A DNA stretch of 64,000 bases from Bacteroidales bacterium. GTDB taxonomy: Bacteria; Bacteroidota; Bacteroidia; Bacteroidales; VadinHA17. Positions 1 through 10,559 of this stretch are shown here, in pieces. The DNA lies in NCBI GenBank assembly GCA_035531395.1, contig DATKTA010000006.1, positions 160,424 to 224,423 on the forward strand, given 5' to 3'. Both the position numbers and the translations under genes were made by a program. How positions within the stretch are numbered: position 1 is the stretch's first letter; every line of letters begins with the position of its first letter. Below the pieces are notes generated by a model. That model searched no databases. It saw only the letters and a list, made by a program, of their open reading frames with translations, and was not told where the DNA came from.

Positions 1-1
1 C

Positions 2-235
2 CTTAAAAAAATGGCAGGAGATTTGATGAATATTAGCCCGGAGCATACAGATTATTATATTTATGCAGGAACTATTTCAAATATGGCATATGCACCTGAT
101 TCTCCGGAAGTTAAAATATTGCGGAAAAACGGTAGTACAGATGTAATATCATCTGTCTCAGATATGTTTGATCAGAGGTTCATATCGGAAAGAATTATAA
201 AATATTTCCTTTGTTATCCAAAAGAGTTACGGTAG
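2..235 (+). CDS. 3' end of an unidentified CDS entering from the left edge (or a stand-alone 74-aa ORF from ATG 11)
   Basis: Frame is open from position 2 to TAG at 233-235. No family motif recognised. Confidence 0.3.
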   Translation, partial: LKKMAGDLMNISPEHTDYYIYAGTISNMAYAPDSPEVKILRKNGSTDVISSVSDMFDQRFISERIIKYFLCYPKELR

Positions 236-251
236 ATAAAAAATTAGCAAC

Positions 252-1289
252 ATGGAATTTACAGCTTCAGTTATTGCGGGATTCTTGAAAGGTGAAATTG
301 AAGGCAATCCCGAGGTTAAAGTCAATACTATTGCCAAGATTGAAGAAGGTCATGAAGGCGCCCTTTCTTTTCTTGCGAATCCTAAATATGAGCACTACAT
401 ATATACAACAAATTCATCAATTGTGCTCGTAAATAAATCTTTCGTGCCATCGGGTAAAATAAATGCGACGCTTATAAGGGTTGAAAATGCATATGAATCT
501 TTTGCAGCTCTTCTCAGGATGGTTGACCAGGCAAGGCCCAGGAAGAAGGGCATCCATCCTACGGCAGTCATTGAGCCTACAGCAAAGGTTGGAAATGATG
601 TTTACATCGGTCCGTATGTTTATATTGGTGATAATTGCCATGTAGGTGACTCCTGTTCGCTTTATGCAAATGTCTATATTGGTGATAATACAAAGGTTGG
701 AAGCGGGTCAGTTCTTTATATGGGAGTTAAGGTTTACCATGAATGTCTGTTGGGAGAAGGCTGCATCATTCATGCAGGATCTGTGATCGGGAGTGATGGT
801 TTCGGTTTTGCTCCTCAATCGGAAAACGAGTATATGAAGATACCACAGCTGGGGAATGTGATCCTCGAGGATAATGTGGAGATAGGAGCTAATGTTACAA
901 TTGACAGGGCTACAATGGGATCGACAATAATCAGGAGAGGGGTTAAGCTTGATAATCTTATACAGATCGGTCATAATGTTGAAGTAGGAGCTAATTCAGT
1001 TATGGCTGCACAGACAGGCATTGCCGGATCTACCAAGATCGGAAAGAACTGTATGTTCGGAGGCCAGGTAGGGATTGCAGGTCACCTCAAAATAGCAGCA
1101 GGATCAAAGATTGGAGCACAGGCAGGGATCCTCGGAGATGTAAAGGATGAGGATACCGTAATTATTGGATCTCCTGCATTCGAGATAAAACAATTCATGA
1201 AATCCTCTGTTTTATTCAGACGTCTGCCCGATATGAAGGTAAAAATCGATAATCTTGAAAAGGAGATAGAGACACTGAAAAAGAAGTAG
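252..1289 (+). CDS. lpxD: UDP-3-O-acylglucosamine N-acyltransferase (LpxD)
   Basis: 345 aa. Long array of hexapeptide beta-helix repeats ([56 protein letters not shown]). Lies directly upstream of lpxC-fabZ and lpxA. Confidence 0.9.
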   Translation: MEFTASVIAGFLKGEIEGNPEVKVNTIAKIEEGHEGALSFLANPKYEHYIYTTNSSIVLVNKSFVPSGKINATLIRVENAYESFAALLRMVDQARPRKKGIHPTAVIEPTAKVGNDVYIGPYVYIGDNCHVGDSCSLYANVYIGDNTKVGSGSVLYMGVKVYHECLLGEGCIIHAGSVIGSDGFGFAPQSENEYMKIPQLGNVILEDNVEIGANVTIDRATMGSTIIRRGVKLDNLIQIGHNVEVGANSVMAAQTGIAGSTKIGKNCMFGGQVGIAGHLKIAAGSKIGAQAGILGDVKDEDTVIIGSPAFEIKQFMKSSVLFRRLPDMKVKIDNLEKEIETLKKK

Positions 1290-1410
1290 TTCAAAGCAGA
1301 TTCGGGACAGAAATTGCTGTTTTCAATTGAGTTATAGGATAATTATGTGCATAGTTCGAATTTTTTTTACTTTTTTTGTACCCGGAAACTTGAATCAATA
1401 ATCAATACTC

Positions 1411-2808
1411 ATGAGTGAAAAGCAAAGAACTCTTGCTAAAGATGTTAGTCTTAAAGGTAAAGGGTTGCATACAGGAATCGATGTCACAATAACCTTCAGG
1501 CCGGCACCGGCAAATCACGGATATAAATTCTGCAGGGTTGATCTTCCTGATAAACCTTTAATAGATGCCCTTGCTGAACATGTTACTGATACTTCAAGGG
1601 GAACAACACTTGTTCATAATAATGCTTCAGTTCAGACTATTGAGCATGTGCTTGCAGCACTGCATGGTCTTTGCATTGACAATGCACTTATTGAGCTTGA
1701 TGGTCCGGAAGCACCAATTATGGGAGGATCTTCCTGGAAATTTGTTGAAGCAATTAAAGCGACTGGAATTGTTGAATTGAAGGAAGACAGAAATTATTTT
1801 GTTGTAAAGCAGAAAATCACCTATTCGGATGAAGAACATGGTGTTGACCTGATTGTATACCCTGATGATCATCTCAGCATTAACGTTTTGATTGATTATA
1901 ATTCAAGGATCCTTGGCAACCAGTATGCCATACTTGATACTATTGACGATTTTGAAAAAGAGGTATCAAAGAGCAGAACATTCGTATTCTTTCATGAACT
2001 GGAGCCACTTTTTAATATGGGCCTGATAAAGGGAGGAGACCTCGATAATGCAATTGTAATTCTGGAAAAAGAGGTTGAACAATCTGAAATTGACAGGATT
2101 GCTAAGCTTTTTAATCGTCCTGGGATAAGTACACATACTGCAGGCATATTAAATAATACAGAGTTAAGGTACCCGAATGAACCTGCCCGCCATAAACTTC
2201 TGGACATCATGGGCGACCTGGCTCTTGTCGGACATCCAATTAAGGGAAAAGTAGTTGCCACACGCCCCGGACATCTTGCCAACACCAGACTGGCAAAGTT
2301 AATGAGGCAGGAGATGAAGAAGGCTCTTTCAAAAATGGATGTGCCTGTTTATGATCCTTCGCAGCCTCCGGTATTCACACTGGAGGATATCAAGAATAAG
2401 CTTCCTCACAGGTACCCATTCCTTCTTGTTGATAAGATAATTACTCTCGATGAGAGCTCTATCGTCGGTATTAAAAACGTAACATTCAATGAGTCATTTT
2501 TTCAGGGACATTTCCCGGATGAGCCTGTTATGCCAGGTGTTCTACTCGTGGAAGCACTTGCACAGACCGGTGGTCTGCTGGTTCTAAGTACGGTTGAAGA
2601 TCCTGAAAAGTATTCAACCTATTTTCTTAAAATTGACAAAGTAAAATTTAAAAGTAAGGTTGTGCCTGGTGATACTATAATTCTGAAAATGGAGCTCACA
2701 GACCTGATAAGGAGGGGAATTGTCACCATGTTCGGCCAGGCTTTTGTCGGAAATAAGCTTGTTATTGAGGGAGAACTTACAGCGCAGGTAGTAAAAAATA
2801 AAATCTGA
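1411..2808 (+). CDS. lpxC-fabZ: bifunctional UDP-3-O-acyl-GlcNAc deacetylase / 3-hydroxyacyl-ACP dehydratase (LpxC-FabZ fusion)
   Basis: 465 aa. N-terminal LpxC signatures (GKGLHTG, TIEHVLAAL, HKLLDIMGDLAL). C-terminal FabZ hot-dog signatures (LPHRYPFLLVDKI, FFQGHFPDEPVMPGVL). Confidence 0.93.
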   Translation: MSEKQRTLAKDVSLKGKGLHTGIDVTITFRPAPANHGYKFCRVDLPDKPLIDALAEHVTDTSRGTTLVHNNASVQTIEHVLAALHGLCIDNALIELDGPEAPIMGGSSWKFVEAIKATGIVELKEDRNYFVVKQKITYSDEEHGVDLIVYPDDHLSINVLIDYNSRILGNQYAILDTIDDFEKEVSKSRTFVFFHELEPLFNMGLIKGGDLDNAIVILEKEVEQSEIDRIAKLFNRPGISTHTAGILNNTELRYPNEPARHKLLDIMGDLALVGHPIKGKVVATRPGHLANTRLAKLMRQEMKKALSKMDVPVYDPSQPPVFTLEDIKNKLPHRYPFLLVDKIITLDESSIVGIKNVTFNESFFQGHFPDEPVMPGVLLVEALAQTGGLLVLSTVEDPEKYSTYFLKIDKVKFKSKVVPGDTIILKMELTDLIRRGIVTMFGQAFVGNKLVIEGELTAQVVKNKI

Positions 2809-2812
2809 TAAT

Positions 2813-3586
2813 ATGATTTCGAATTTGGCTTTTATTCATCCGGAAGCGAAATTAGGAAAGGATGTTGTTGTTGATCCTTTTGCATTTGTTGACAGAAATG
2901 TTGAGATTGGTGATGGGACCTGGATAGGACCTAACGCTACAGTTCTTTACGGTGCAAGGATCGGGAAAAACTGTAAAATATTCCCTTCATCTGTAATATC
3001 CGGAATCCCCCAGGACCTTAAGTTTGTTGGAGAGGAAAGTACTGCTGAGATAGGGGATAATACAACAGTGAGGGAAGGAGTTACGATAAACAGGGGTACT
3101 GCAGCTGCAGGCAAAACCATTATTGGAAATAACTGTCTTTTAATGGCTTATGCACATGTGGGTCACGACTGTATGATAGGTAATTATTGTATTATTGGAA
3201 ATGGAAGCGGTCTTGCAGGAGAGGTCAAGGTCCATGACTGGGCAATTCTGAGCGGAGGTACACTGGTTCACCAGTTCGTCAGAATCGGAGCACATGTGAT
3301 GATAGGAGGCGGGTCAAAAGTCAGGATCGATGTACCACCCTATATAAAGGCTGACCGTGAGCCTCTTGCCTATATGGGCCTGAATTCAATTGGTCTGACA
3401 AGGAGAGGTTTCAAAAAGGAGACTATAGATGAGATACACAATATTTACAGGGTCCTTTTTCAGAGTGGCTTAAATAACTCCCAGGCTCTTCAGAAAGTTG
3501 AACAGGAATTCAGGCCTTCAGAAGAGAGGACCTATATTATCGATTTCATAAAGAATTCAGAACGCGGAATAATAAGGGCAAGATAG
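2813..3586 (+). CDS. lpxA: acyl-ACP--UDP-GlcNAc O-acyltransferase (LpxA)
   Basis: 257 aa. Hexapeptide repeats followed by a helical C-terminal domain. Conserved lpxD / lpxC-fabZ / lpxA synteny. Confidence 0.9.
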   Translation: MISNLAFIHPEAKLGKDVVVDPFAFVDRNVEIGDGTWIGPNATVLYGARIGKNCKIFPSSVISGIPQDLKFVGEESTAEIGDNTTVREGVTINRGTAAAGKTIIGNNCLLMAYAHVGHDCMIGNYCIIGNGSGLAGEVKVHDWAILSGGTLVHQFVRIGAHVMIGGGSKVRIDVPPYIKADREPLAYMGLNSIGLTRRGFKKETIDEIHNIYRVLFQSGLNNSQALQKVEQEFRPSEERTYIIDFIKNSERGIIRAR

Positions 3587-3613
3587 GTAGTGTTCAGCTG
3601 ATGCTGCAGTTTA

Positions 3614-4639
3614 TTATTTTGCATCTTTCCAGCCCTGTGCAGAAATCTCTACTTCTGAGCCATCATCTCCTACAATATAGTTACCGGTTCCTTCAGAAGT
3701 CATATGGCCAATGACCTTTACTTTCTTAAGGTTCTCCAATTTATCAACATTTTCGAGAGGGACAGTAAAAAGAAGTTCATAATCTTCTCCTCCATTAAGT
3801 GCAGTCGTAACCGGATCGATATTAAACTCTTCGGCCAGCTTTGAAGTCTCATAATCAACAGGTATCTTGCTGTAGAAGATCCTGCATCCTGTATTTGACT
3901 TCTTGCATATCTGCAACAGATCAGAGGCGAGTCCTTCAGTTACATCTATCATCGACGATGGTATAATCCCTTCTGACTTAAGATCATTAATCAGTCCGGA
4001 GGGGAATTCAGGTTTCAGCTGCCTTCCGATAACATAATCGTAACCTGACAGATCTGGTTCGATCTCCTTATTCTTTTCAAACAGCCTTCGTTCCCTTTCA
4101 AGTAACTGTAATCCCATAAAGGCTGCACCAAAGTCGCCCGTAACGCAAATCAGGTCATTCGGTTTTGCACCATCCCTTTTTATTATTTTTCCTTTTTCAG
4201 CAAAACCAATAGCTGTAACACCTATTGTTAAGCCTGTAACAGAGCTGGTTGTATCTCCTCCCGCAAGATCAACCTCATATTTGCTGCAAGCCACGCTTAT
4301 ACCTTCATATAACTCTTCAACCTGTTCAACAGAAAATCTTGAACTGACACCCAGGGAGACAAATAATTGCGCAGGGGTTCCGTTCATCGCGTAAATATCG
4401 GAAATTGCTCTTATCACAGCTTTGTATCCCAGATGTTTCATGGGAGTATATATCAGGTTGAAGTGAATTCCTTCCAGGAAGAGGTCTGTGGATACGAGGG
4501 TAAGCTTCCTGCCTGAATCAATTACGGCTGCATCATCTCCAATGCCTGTTTGTGTTGATTTATTTACCGGATTGAAGTCTTTGGTTAAATGCCTGATAAG
4601 ACCATATTTGCCAAAGTCACTTATTGGAGTATTGATCAT
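3614..4639 (-). CDS. thiL: thiamine-monophosphate kinase (ThiL)
   Basis: 341 aa. AIR-synthase-related fold with N-terminal GIGDDAAV and DLAGGDTT motifs. Confidence 0.8.
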   Translation of the reverse strand: MINTPISDFGKYGLIRHLTKDFNPVNKSTQTGIGDDAAVIDSGRKLTLVSTDLFLEGIHFNLIYTPMKHLGYKAVIRAISDIYAMNGTPAQLFVSLGVSSRFSVEQVEELYEGISVACSKYEVDLAGGDTTSSVTGLTIGVTAIGFAEKGKIIKRDGAKPNDLICVTGDFGAAFMGLQLLERERRLFEKNKEIEPDLSGYDYVIGRQLKPEFPSGLINDLKSEGIIPSSMIDVTEGLASDLLQICKKSNTGCRIFYSKIPVDYETSKLAEEFNIDPVTTALNGGEDYELLFTVPLENVDKLENLKKVKVIGHMTSEGTGNYIVGDDGSEVEISAQGWKDAK

Positions 4640-4649
4640 TTATAACAGT

Positions 4650-5024
4650 TTAGACATTTATTATATCCCTTCCAAAAGGGCTTAATGCTATTGCTGTGAG
4701 TTTGAAATGCTGAAGTCCGAATGGGATTCCAATTATTGTTATGCACAGAAATGCCCCGAAGAGCGCATGTGTTATTGCAATCCAGAGTCCTCCGCATATA
4801 AGCCACAGGATATTCATAATTATATAAAGGCAACCTGATGATCTTGCATGGACCCTGGTATCTCTGCCGAATGGCCATAATGCAAGGGCTGCCATTTTTA
4901 GTGTTTGTATGCCAAACGGTATTCCTACAATTGTTAATATAAGAATAATGCTACCAATGAGATATTCAATGGCAATTATTATACCCCCGAATATGAGCCA
5001 TATAAGATTTCCCAGGATTTTCAT
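4650..5024 (-). CDS. YccF-like inner-membrane protein (DUF307)
   Basis: 124 aa, all hydrophobic. Two tandem copies of the (I/V)GIPFG(I/L)Q motif. Confidence 0.65.
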   Translation of the reverse strand: MKILGNLIWLIFGGIIIAIEYLIGSIILILTIVGIPFGIQTLKMAALALWPFGRDTRVHARSSGCLYIIMNILWLICGGLWIAITHALFGAFLCITIIGIPFGLQHFKLTAIALSPFGRDIINV

Positions 5025-5042
5025 AGCTGCTACTTGTATTTA

Positions 5043-6653
5043 TTATTCAAGAATGACATTCTTGTCTTTTGGATATTTTACCGAATATGACAATACTATC
5101 TGCTTTGACTCCTGTGGTTTCAGTTCAAGATCCCATATTATTTCTCCTGTCTGGGAGCTAAGTCTGCCACCTGACAACTCGACTGGTTCAACTGTTATGC
5201 CGCTGTTTGAAGATACCGGCATCTGATCATGAAGTGTTAATTTAATGCCAGTTGACTTGTTGTTCCTTAGTGTGAGAAGAAATGAGTAATTTTCAGTTTT
5301 ATTTGCCCCTATCACTTTTCTGCTTGTAAAGTCCTGTCTCTTTTCACGCTTTACAAGAATACTGTTGTCAGTACCAAGCGAGAGGGTCAGAGTATCAGTT
5401 ACCTGATTCACATTGAGGGTTGATTTCCCGACATATGAGTTTTCAAAATACAGAATTGCCTCCCCTGACTGAAGGCTAAGGTCAGACCAGTTGGTAATAT
5501 TGGCTGTGAGGTAGGCATGCTGAGAAAGCTTGGGGATGGTTACATATTTGTATTCAGCTGGTGAAGTAAGTCTTTGAATTTCTACAGTCTGAATCTTGCC
5601 ATCAGAGGGAACAGAATAAGGTATTGTAACATCAAATGTTATTGTTGTCTCCCCGGTTTGTTTCTGAACATTTATTGGAGCAGATTCCATTTCAACTGCC
5701 TCCTCTTTTAATGTCATAATATCAGCCACAGCAGGAGCCGCTTCACGGGCAATCCCGGCAGATTTTGCGTGACGCATTACAGGTACCGGTATATAATAGT
5801 CAACAAACCATGGATAAAGAACAGGGATATCACCTGACACCCATGGTGTTGCGTTGGAAAAGCTAAGTTTTACATCCTTCCAGGCTACACCGGTGTTCTG
5901 GTATACATTAGCTTTATAAAATATAGTAACCGGATTTTTAATATCTGTAACCCTTATATCATACGACGGATACCATCCGGCATTCATTACCACATAACTA
6001 TAATTCAATTTTCCGGTAACCTGTTTTTCTGAGCTTACTGTTATATAAATCTCCCCAGAAGGAAGATTCTTTTTGTCAAGTTTTTCGGATATTTGCTGCT
6101 GAAGCGCCGCTATTTGTTTTTCATAATCTTTTATTTGTCTGTTCTTTTTCAGAACAGTCATTGTAACCTGGTCCATGTTACTGGTATAAAGTTCCATTAC
6201 ACCCTTGAGCTGTTCAACCGAAAATGTAGTCTCTTTAACCAGGATTCCCCTGTTTGCAACCAGGAAAGCTTCTTTTTCCTTCAGTACTGTAATGGCAGCT
6301 TTTTCATCCTCTACCTTCATCTGTGAAGTTTCGAGTTCAGCCCTGAGCTTTTTTATTTCAGGTGACTCTTCAAGATTCTGCAGGTAATTATTCTGATGAT
6401 TTACAGAGAGTATTGTAAATTCACCAAATCCTTTTACCTGGACAGATTGTGGGTCAATGTACGGGGAAAGCGATGAGAGCTTTAGCATTGCTTTTCCAGG
6501 ATTTATATTAACTGTTGTTTCATGATCGATCTGTGCCCTGTCAGGAAAGACTGTAACATGTTTAATTTCAGCCTTTATCTCCTTTTCAATCTGCGCTGAG
6601 ACTGTGGAATGCGCCATTATAATGGCTGACAAAATGATAATAGTTCGTTTCAT
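5043..6653 (-). CDS. secreted DUF4139/MuiA-like protein
   Basis: 536 aa. Signal peptide MKRTIIILSAIIMAHSTVSAQ, a central coiled-coil stretch (KKLRAELETSQMKVEDEK...), and a beta-rich C-terminal half. Family call made by eye. Confidence 0.5.
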   Translation of the reverse strand: MKRTIIILSAIIMAHSTVSAQIEKEIKAEIKHVTVFPDRAQIDHETTVNINPGKAMLKLSSLSPYIDPQSVQVKGFGEFTILSVNHQNNYLQNLEESPEIKKLRAELETSQMKVEDEKAAITVLKEKEAFLVANRGILVKETTFSVEQLKGVMELYTSNMDQVTMTVLKKNRQIKDYEKQIAALQQQISEKLDKKNLPSGEIYITVSSEKQVTGKLNYSYVVMNAGWYPSYDIRVTDIKNPVTIFYKANVYQNTGVAWKDVKLSFSNATPWVSGDIPVLYPWFVDYYIPVPVMRHAKSAGIAREAAPAVADIMTLKEEAVEMESAPINVQKQTGETTITFDVTIPYSVPSDGKIQTVEIQRLTSPAEYKYVTIPKLSQHAYLTANITNWSDLSLQSGEAILYFENSYVGKSTLNVNQVTDTLTLSLGTDNSILVKREKRQDFTSRKVIGANKTENYSFLLTLRNNKSTGIKLTLHDQMPVSSNSGITVEPVELSGGRLSSQTGEIIWDLELKPQESKQIVLSYSVKYPKDKNVILE

Positions 6654-8130
6654 GATATGATTCTGAATTTATACTCACTTCATTTTTGGCTGCCATCGGA
6701 CAACCAGGTACCGGGCAGTTGATTATTTTATGTTCTTTATTATCAGCAGGTTCCCATCCAAGCAGCAGGTACAGGGTAAAGAATCCTATCACATAAGCAA
6801 CAGCCACGTGCCAGCCATTCTTTACCCATTGGACTACATCGCGTCCTTCGGGAAATTTATTGGTAATAGCCACTCCTGCCGAGGAGCCAAACCACACCAT
6901 TGATCCTCCGAATCCCACAGCATACGCGAGCATTCCCCAGTCATAGTGTCCCTGGTCGAGGCAGAGCTTTGTAAGAGGGATATTGTCAAAAACTGCAGAA
7001 AGAAAACCATAAGAAAATGCTGTTGCCCACGAAGCATCAGGAAGTTCCTCAACAGGCATGAGTGATGCACAGGTTACAAGACAGAGCAGGAAAATAGTGC
7101 CCTTGATCGCTCCCGGGATCTCTTTCCAGGGGACAGGCCTGATTGCAGCCCCTATTAATATTGCAATCCAAACGCCTAGTGCCGGCATGTCATAAAGGAT
7201 GTTGGAAATTATAGCCCCGGCGAGTATCAGTGCTACATTGAAGATCTTCATCCAGTCAACTCTTATATTGGGTTTTGAATCTTTCTGGATCCTATGATAT
7301 CTATCCTGTTGGTGAGATGCAATCCACGCAAAGAAAAAGAAAGCGGCTGCTGCGGCTATAAATGCATGCAGAACATTAAATGCGCTTACTCCATCAATCC
7401 ACATCATAGTAGTAGTAGTGTCTCCAACCACACTGCCGGCTCCACCGGCATTGCTTGCAGCTACAATTGCAGCAAGATATCCCAGATGCACTTTTTTATG
7501 GAAGACAACTATGGCAATTGTACCTCCTATCAGGGCAGCGGCAATGTTGTCGAGGAAAGCAGACATTATAAATACGAAAATTAGAAGAAGAAACGGACCC
7601 TTCCAGTCATTAGGAAGATAATGAGGGAGAATATCCGGGACTCTTGACTCTTCAAATATTTTTGAAAGCAGTGCGAAACCCAGAAGCAGTCCTCCCAGGT
7701 TAAGTAATATCCCCCATTCACCCTGGCGGATGTGTTTATTCAGTAACTGGTCTGATAGCGGAAGCTCCCCAAACAAGTGCTCACCCAGGTGAAAGCCAGG
7801 ATCAAAGATTAACTTGAAAGTAAGAAGAACGGTTAAACCAATAAGCGCTACCCGGAATGTCTGATGGTGAAAAAGTGCCACACCAAGAAGGACAAAACCG
7901 AAAATTATAAATTCAACCCTTACCGGGCCTACCATGGGAATATTATTTCCGGCAGCGAAGAGTGAAAATGGTGATAGTAAAACTAATGTTGCAATAATTA
8001 GTTTTTTGCTGTTTAACCAGAACAGCGATCTCAGTGAGTTAATCATATGAAAGATTATAAAACTGGTAAATTGAAAATTGGGGTGTAATTTAAAACTTAT
8101 TTCCCTTATCTTTCCTGACAAATTCATCAA
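6586..8130 (-). CDS. ion-transporter superfamily permease (NhaD/ArsB/CitMHS-like)
   Basis: At least 10 hydrophobic segments. Duplicated hairpin-type motifs SAFLDNIAAA and SAVFDNIPLT. A more likely start is the Met at 8046 (MINSLRSLFWLN...). Confidence 0.6.
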   Translation of the reverse strand: MMNLSGKIREISFKLHPNFQFTSFIIFHMINSLRSLFWLNSKKLIIATLVLLSPFSLFAAGNNIPMVGPVRVEFIIFGFVLLGVALFHHQTFRVALIGLTVLLTFKLIFDPGFHLGEHLFGELPLSDQLLNKHIRQGEWGILLNLGGLLLGFALLSKIFEESRVPDILPHYLPNDWKGPFLLLIFVFIMSAFLDNIAAALIGGTIAIVVFHKKVHLGYLAAIVAASNAGGAGSVVGDTTTTMMWIDGVSAFNVLHAFIAAAAAFFFFAWIASHQQDRYHRIQKDSKPNIRVDWMKIFNVALILAGAIISNILYDMPALGVWIAILIGAAIRPVPWKEIPGAIKGTIFLLCLVTCASLMPVEELPDASWATAFSYGFLSAVFDNIPLTKLCLDQGHYDWGMLAYAVGFGGSMVWFGSSAGVAITNKFPEGRDVVQWVKNGWHVAVAYVIGFFTLYLLLGWEPADNKEHKIINCPVPGCPMAAKNEVSINSESYHETNYYHFVSHYNGAFHSLSAD

Positions 8131-8299
8131 ATTCTATATTTTACCGCCGCCTTGCTTTGAATTTGTCAAATCCTTCAGCTCCAGATCTTAGATTTTTGCT
8201 ATTTTTGCATATTTATTTAGATTAAATTTAATTAAGAGAATAACATTTTGATTTCATCCTTGTTCTCTATATAGGAGAAATATCTTTTGAAATATTCAG

Positions 8300-9748
8300 A
8301 TGGAAAAAGAGCAGGATAAAATATTGGATGAGGTTACCTCGGGTAAGTACAAGTACGGATTCTATTCCGATATTGATACTGAACAGATTGAGAAGGGTTT
8401 GAGTGAGGAGGTCGTTAAAATCATCTCTGCAAAGAAAAATGAGCCGGACTGGCTTCTGGAATTCAGGCTGAAAGCTTACCGTCACTGGCTTACGATGAAA
8501 ATGCCAACATGGCCCAATCTTAAAATCCCGGAAATTGATTACCAGGATATAATCTATTATTCAGCACCCCGGCAAAAACCAAAACTTAATAGTCTCGATG
8601 ATGTGGACCCTGAACTTAAAAAGACCTTTGACAGGCTGGGAATCCCGCTGGAAGAGCAGAAACATCTTTCAGGAGTAGCTGTTGATGCGGTTATGGACAG
8701 TGTTTCCGTAAAGACTACTTTTAAGGAAACTTTGGCTGAGATGGGAATTATTTTCTGTTCATTCAGTGACGCTGTAAAAGAGTATCCCGATCTGGTAAAA
8801 AGGTATATGGGAACTGTTGTGCCATATACCGATAATTTCTATGCATCTCTTAACTCGGCAGTATTCAGCGACGGTTCATTCTGTTATATTCCAAAAGGTG
8901 TCAGGTGTCCGATGGAACTATCTACATATTTCAGAATAAATGCTGCGAATACAGGTCAATTCGAAAGGACTTTACTTGTAGCTGACGAAGAGAGTTATGT
9001 AAGTTACCTTGAAGGATGTACTGCCCCTTCACGTGATGAAAATCAGCTTCATGCGGCAATCGTTGAGATAATAGCAGAAAAGAATGCCGAAGTAAAATAT
9101 TCAACAGTTCAGAACTGGTACCCGGGTGATAAGGATGGCAAAGGTGGAATTTTAAACTTTGTTACGAAAAGAGGGATGTGCCGTGGTGAAAATTCAAAGA
9201 TTTCATGGACTCAGATCGAGACCGGGTCAGCCATTACCTGGAAATATCCTTCATGCATATTGCGCGGGGACAATTCAACAGGTGAATTCTATTCGGTTGC
9301 TGTTACCAATAATCATCAGCAGGCTGATACAGGAACAAAGATGATACATATTGGCAAAAACACTAAAAGTACAATTGTTTCGAAGGGAATCTCTGCCGGG
9401 AAAGGACAGAACAGCTATAGGGGACTTGTCAAGATACTTAAAAATGCCTCCAATGCAAGGAACTTTTCACAGTGTGATTCTTTGCTGCTGGGTGATAAAT
9501 GTGGTGCTCATACTTTTCCTTACCTTGAGGTTGACAACCAGACGGCAATAGTAGAACACGAAGCTACAACCTCTAAGATAGGTGAGGATCAGATATTCTA
9601 TTGTAATCAGCGGGGTATTTCTACAGAGGATGCTATTGGACTGATTGTTAATGGATATGCAAGGGAAGTTATTAATAAGCTTCCGATGGAGTTTGCAGTA
9701 GAAGCACAGAAGCTTCTGGAGATAAGTCTGGAAGGAAGTGTGGGATAG
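8300..9748 (+). CDS. sufB: Fe-S cluster assembly scaffold SufB
   Basis: 482 aa. Conserved YLEGCTAP motif. First gene of a sufBCDS-type cluster. Confidence 0.92.
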   Translation: MEKEQDKILDEVTSGKYKYGFYSDIDTEQIEKGLSEEVVKIISAKKNEPDWLLEFRLKAYRHWLTMKMPTWPNLKIPEIDYQDIIYYSAPRQKPKLNSLDDVDPELKKTFDRLGIPLEEQKHLSGVAVDAVMDSVSVKTTFKETLAEMGIIFCSFSDAVKEYPDLVKRYMGTVVPYTDNFYASLNSAVFSDGSFCYIPKGVRCPMELSTYFRINAANTGQFERTLLVADEESYVSYLEGCTAPSRDENQLHAAIVEIIAEKNAEVKYSTVQNWYPGDKDGKGGILNFVTKRGMCRGENSKISWTQIETGSAITWKYPSCILRGDNSTGEFYSVAVTNNHQQADTGTKMIHIGKNTKSTIVSKGISAGKGQNSYRGLVKILKNASNARNFSQCDSLLLGDKCGAHTFPYLEVDNQTAIVEHEATTSKIGEDQIFYCNQRGISTEDAIGLIVNGYAREVINKLPMEFAVEAQKLLEISLEGSVG

Positions 9749-9794
9749 AAAAGATAAAAGATAAAAGTAGAAAGATAAACGTAGGTTAAATAAA

Positions 9795-10559
9795 ATGCTG
9801 GATATTAAGAATTTAAAAGCCTCTATTACAGGCAAGAATATATTAAAAGGGATAAGCCTTCATGTTAAACGGGGTGAGATACATGCCATAATGGGCCCCA
9901 ACGGCTCAGGCAAAAGCACACTTGCATCAGTACTGGTTGGACGCGAGTTCGCCGAGGTAACTGAGGGAACAATCACATATATGGGTAATAACCTTCTGGA
10001 GATGTCGCCGGAAGACCGGGCCAAAGAGGGTATTTTCCTTGGATTTCAGTATCCGATAGAGATACCCGGAGTGAGCATGGTCAACTTCATGAAAACTGCA
10101 ATAAATGAAAAGAGAAAGCATCTCGGGCTGGAACCTCTTTCAGCTTCTGATTTTCTGAAGATGATGCGCGAAAAGAAAGAACTGGTTGAAATAGATTCCA
10201 AGCTTGCTAACAGATCAGTTAATGAAGGTTTCTCAGGCGGGGAAAAGAAGAAGAATGAGATTTTTCAGATGGCAATGCTTGAACCAAAACTGGCAATACT
10301 CGATGAAACAGATTCAGGGCTGGATATTGACGCCCTTAAAATTGTCGCAAATGGAGTCAATAAACTTAAAAGACCTGATAACGCATTCATTGTAATTACT
10401 CATTACCAGAGGCTTCTCGATTATATCGTACCTGATGTTGTACATGTACTGTATGACGGGAGGATTGTTAAAACAGCAGGGAAAGAGCTTGCCCTTGAGC
10501 TTGAAGCAAAAGGATATGACTGGATCAAGAAAGAGGTTGAAAACAATGTTGTGGCATGA
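9795..10559 (+). CDS. sufC: Fe-S cluster assembly ATPase SufC
   Basis: Walker A GPNGSGKST, ABC signature FSGGEKK, Walker B LAILDETDSGLD. Confidence 0.93.
   Translation: MLDIKNLKASITGKNILKGISLHVKRGEIHAIMGPNGSGKSTLASVLVGREFAEVTEGTITYMGNNLLEMSPEDRAKEGIFLGFQYPIEIPGVSMVNFMKTAINEKRKHLGLEPLSASDFLKMMREKKELVEIDSKLANRSVNEGFSGGEKKKNEIFQMAMLEPKLAILDETDSGLDIDALKIVANGVNKLKRPDNAFIVITHYQRLLDYIVPDVVHVLYDGRIVKTAGKELALELEAKGYDWIKKEVENNVVA

Noticed and set aside
1411-2808. LpxC-FabZ fusion protein
   Set aside because: It looks striking, but it is the normal, well-known arrangement in Bacteroidota. It is useful only as a taxonomic marker.
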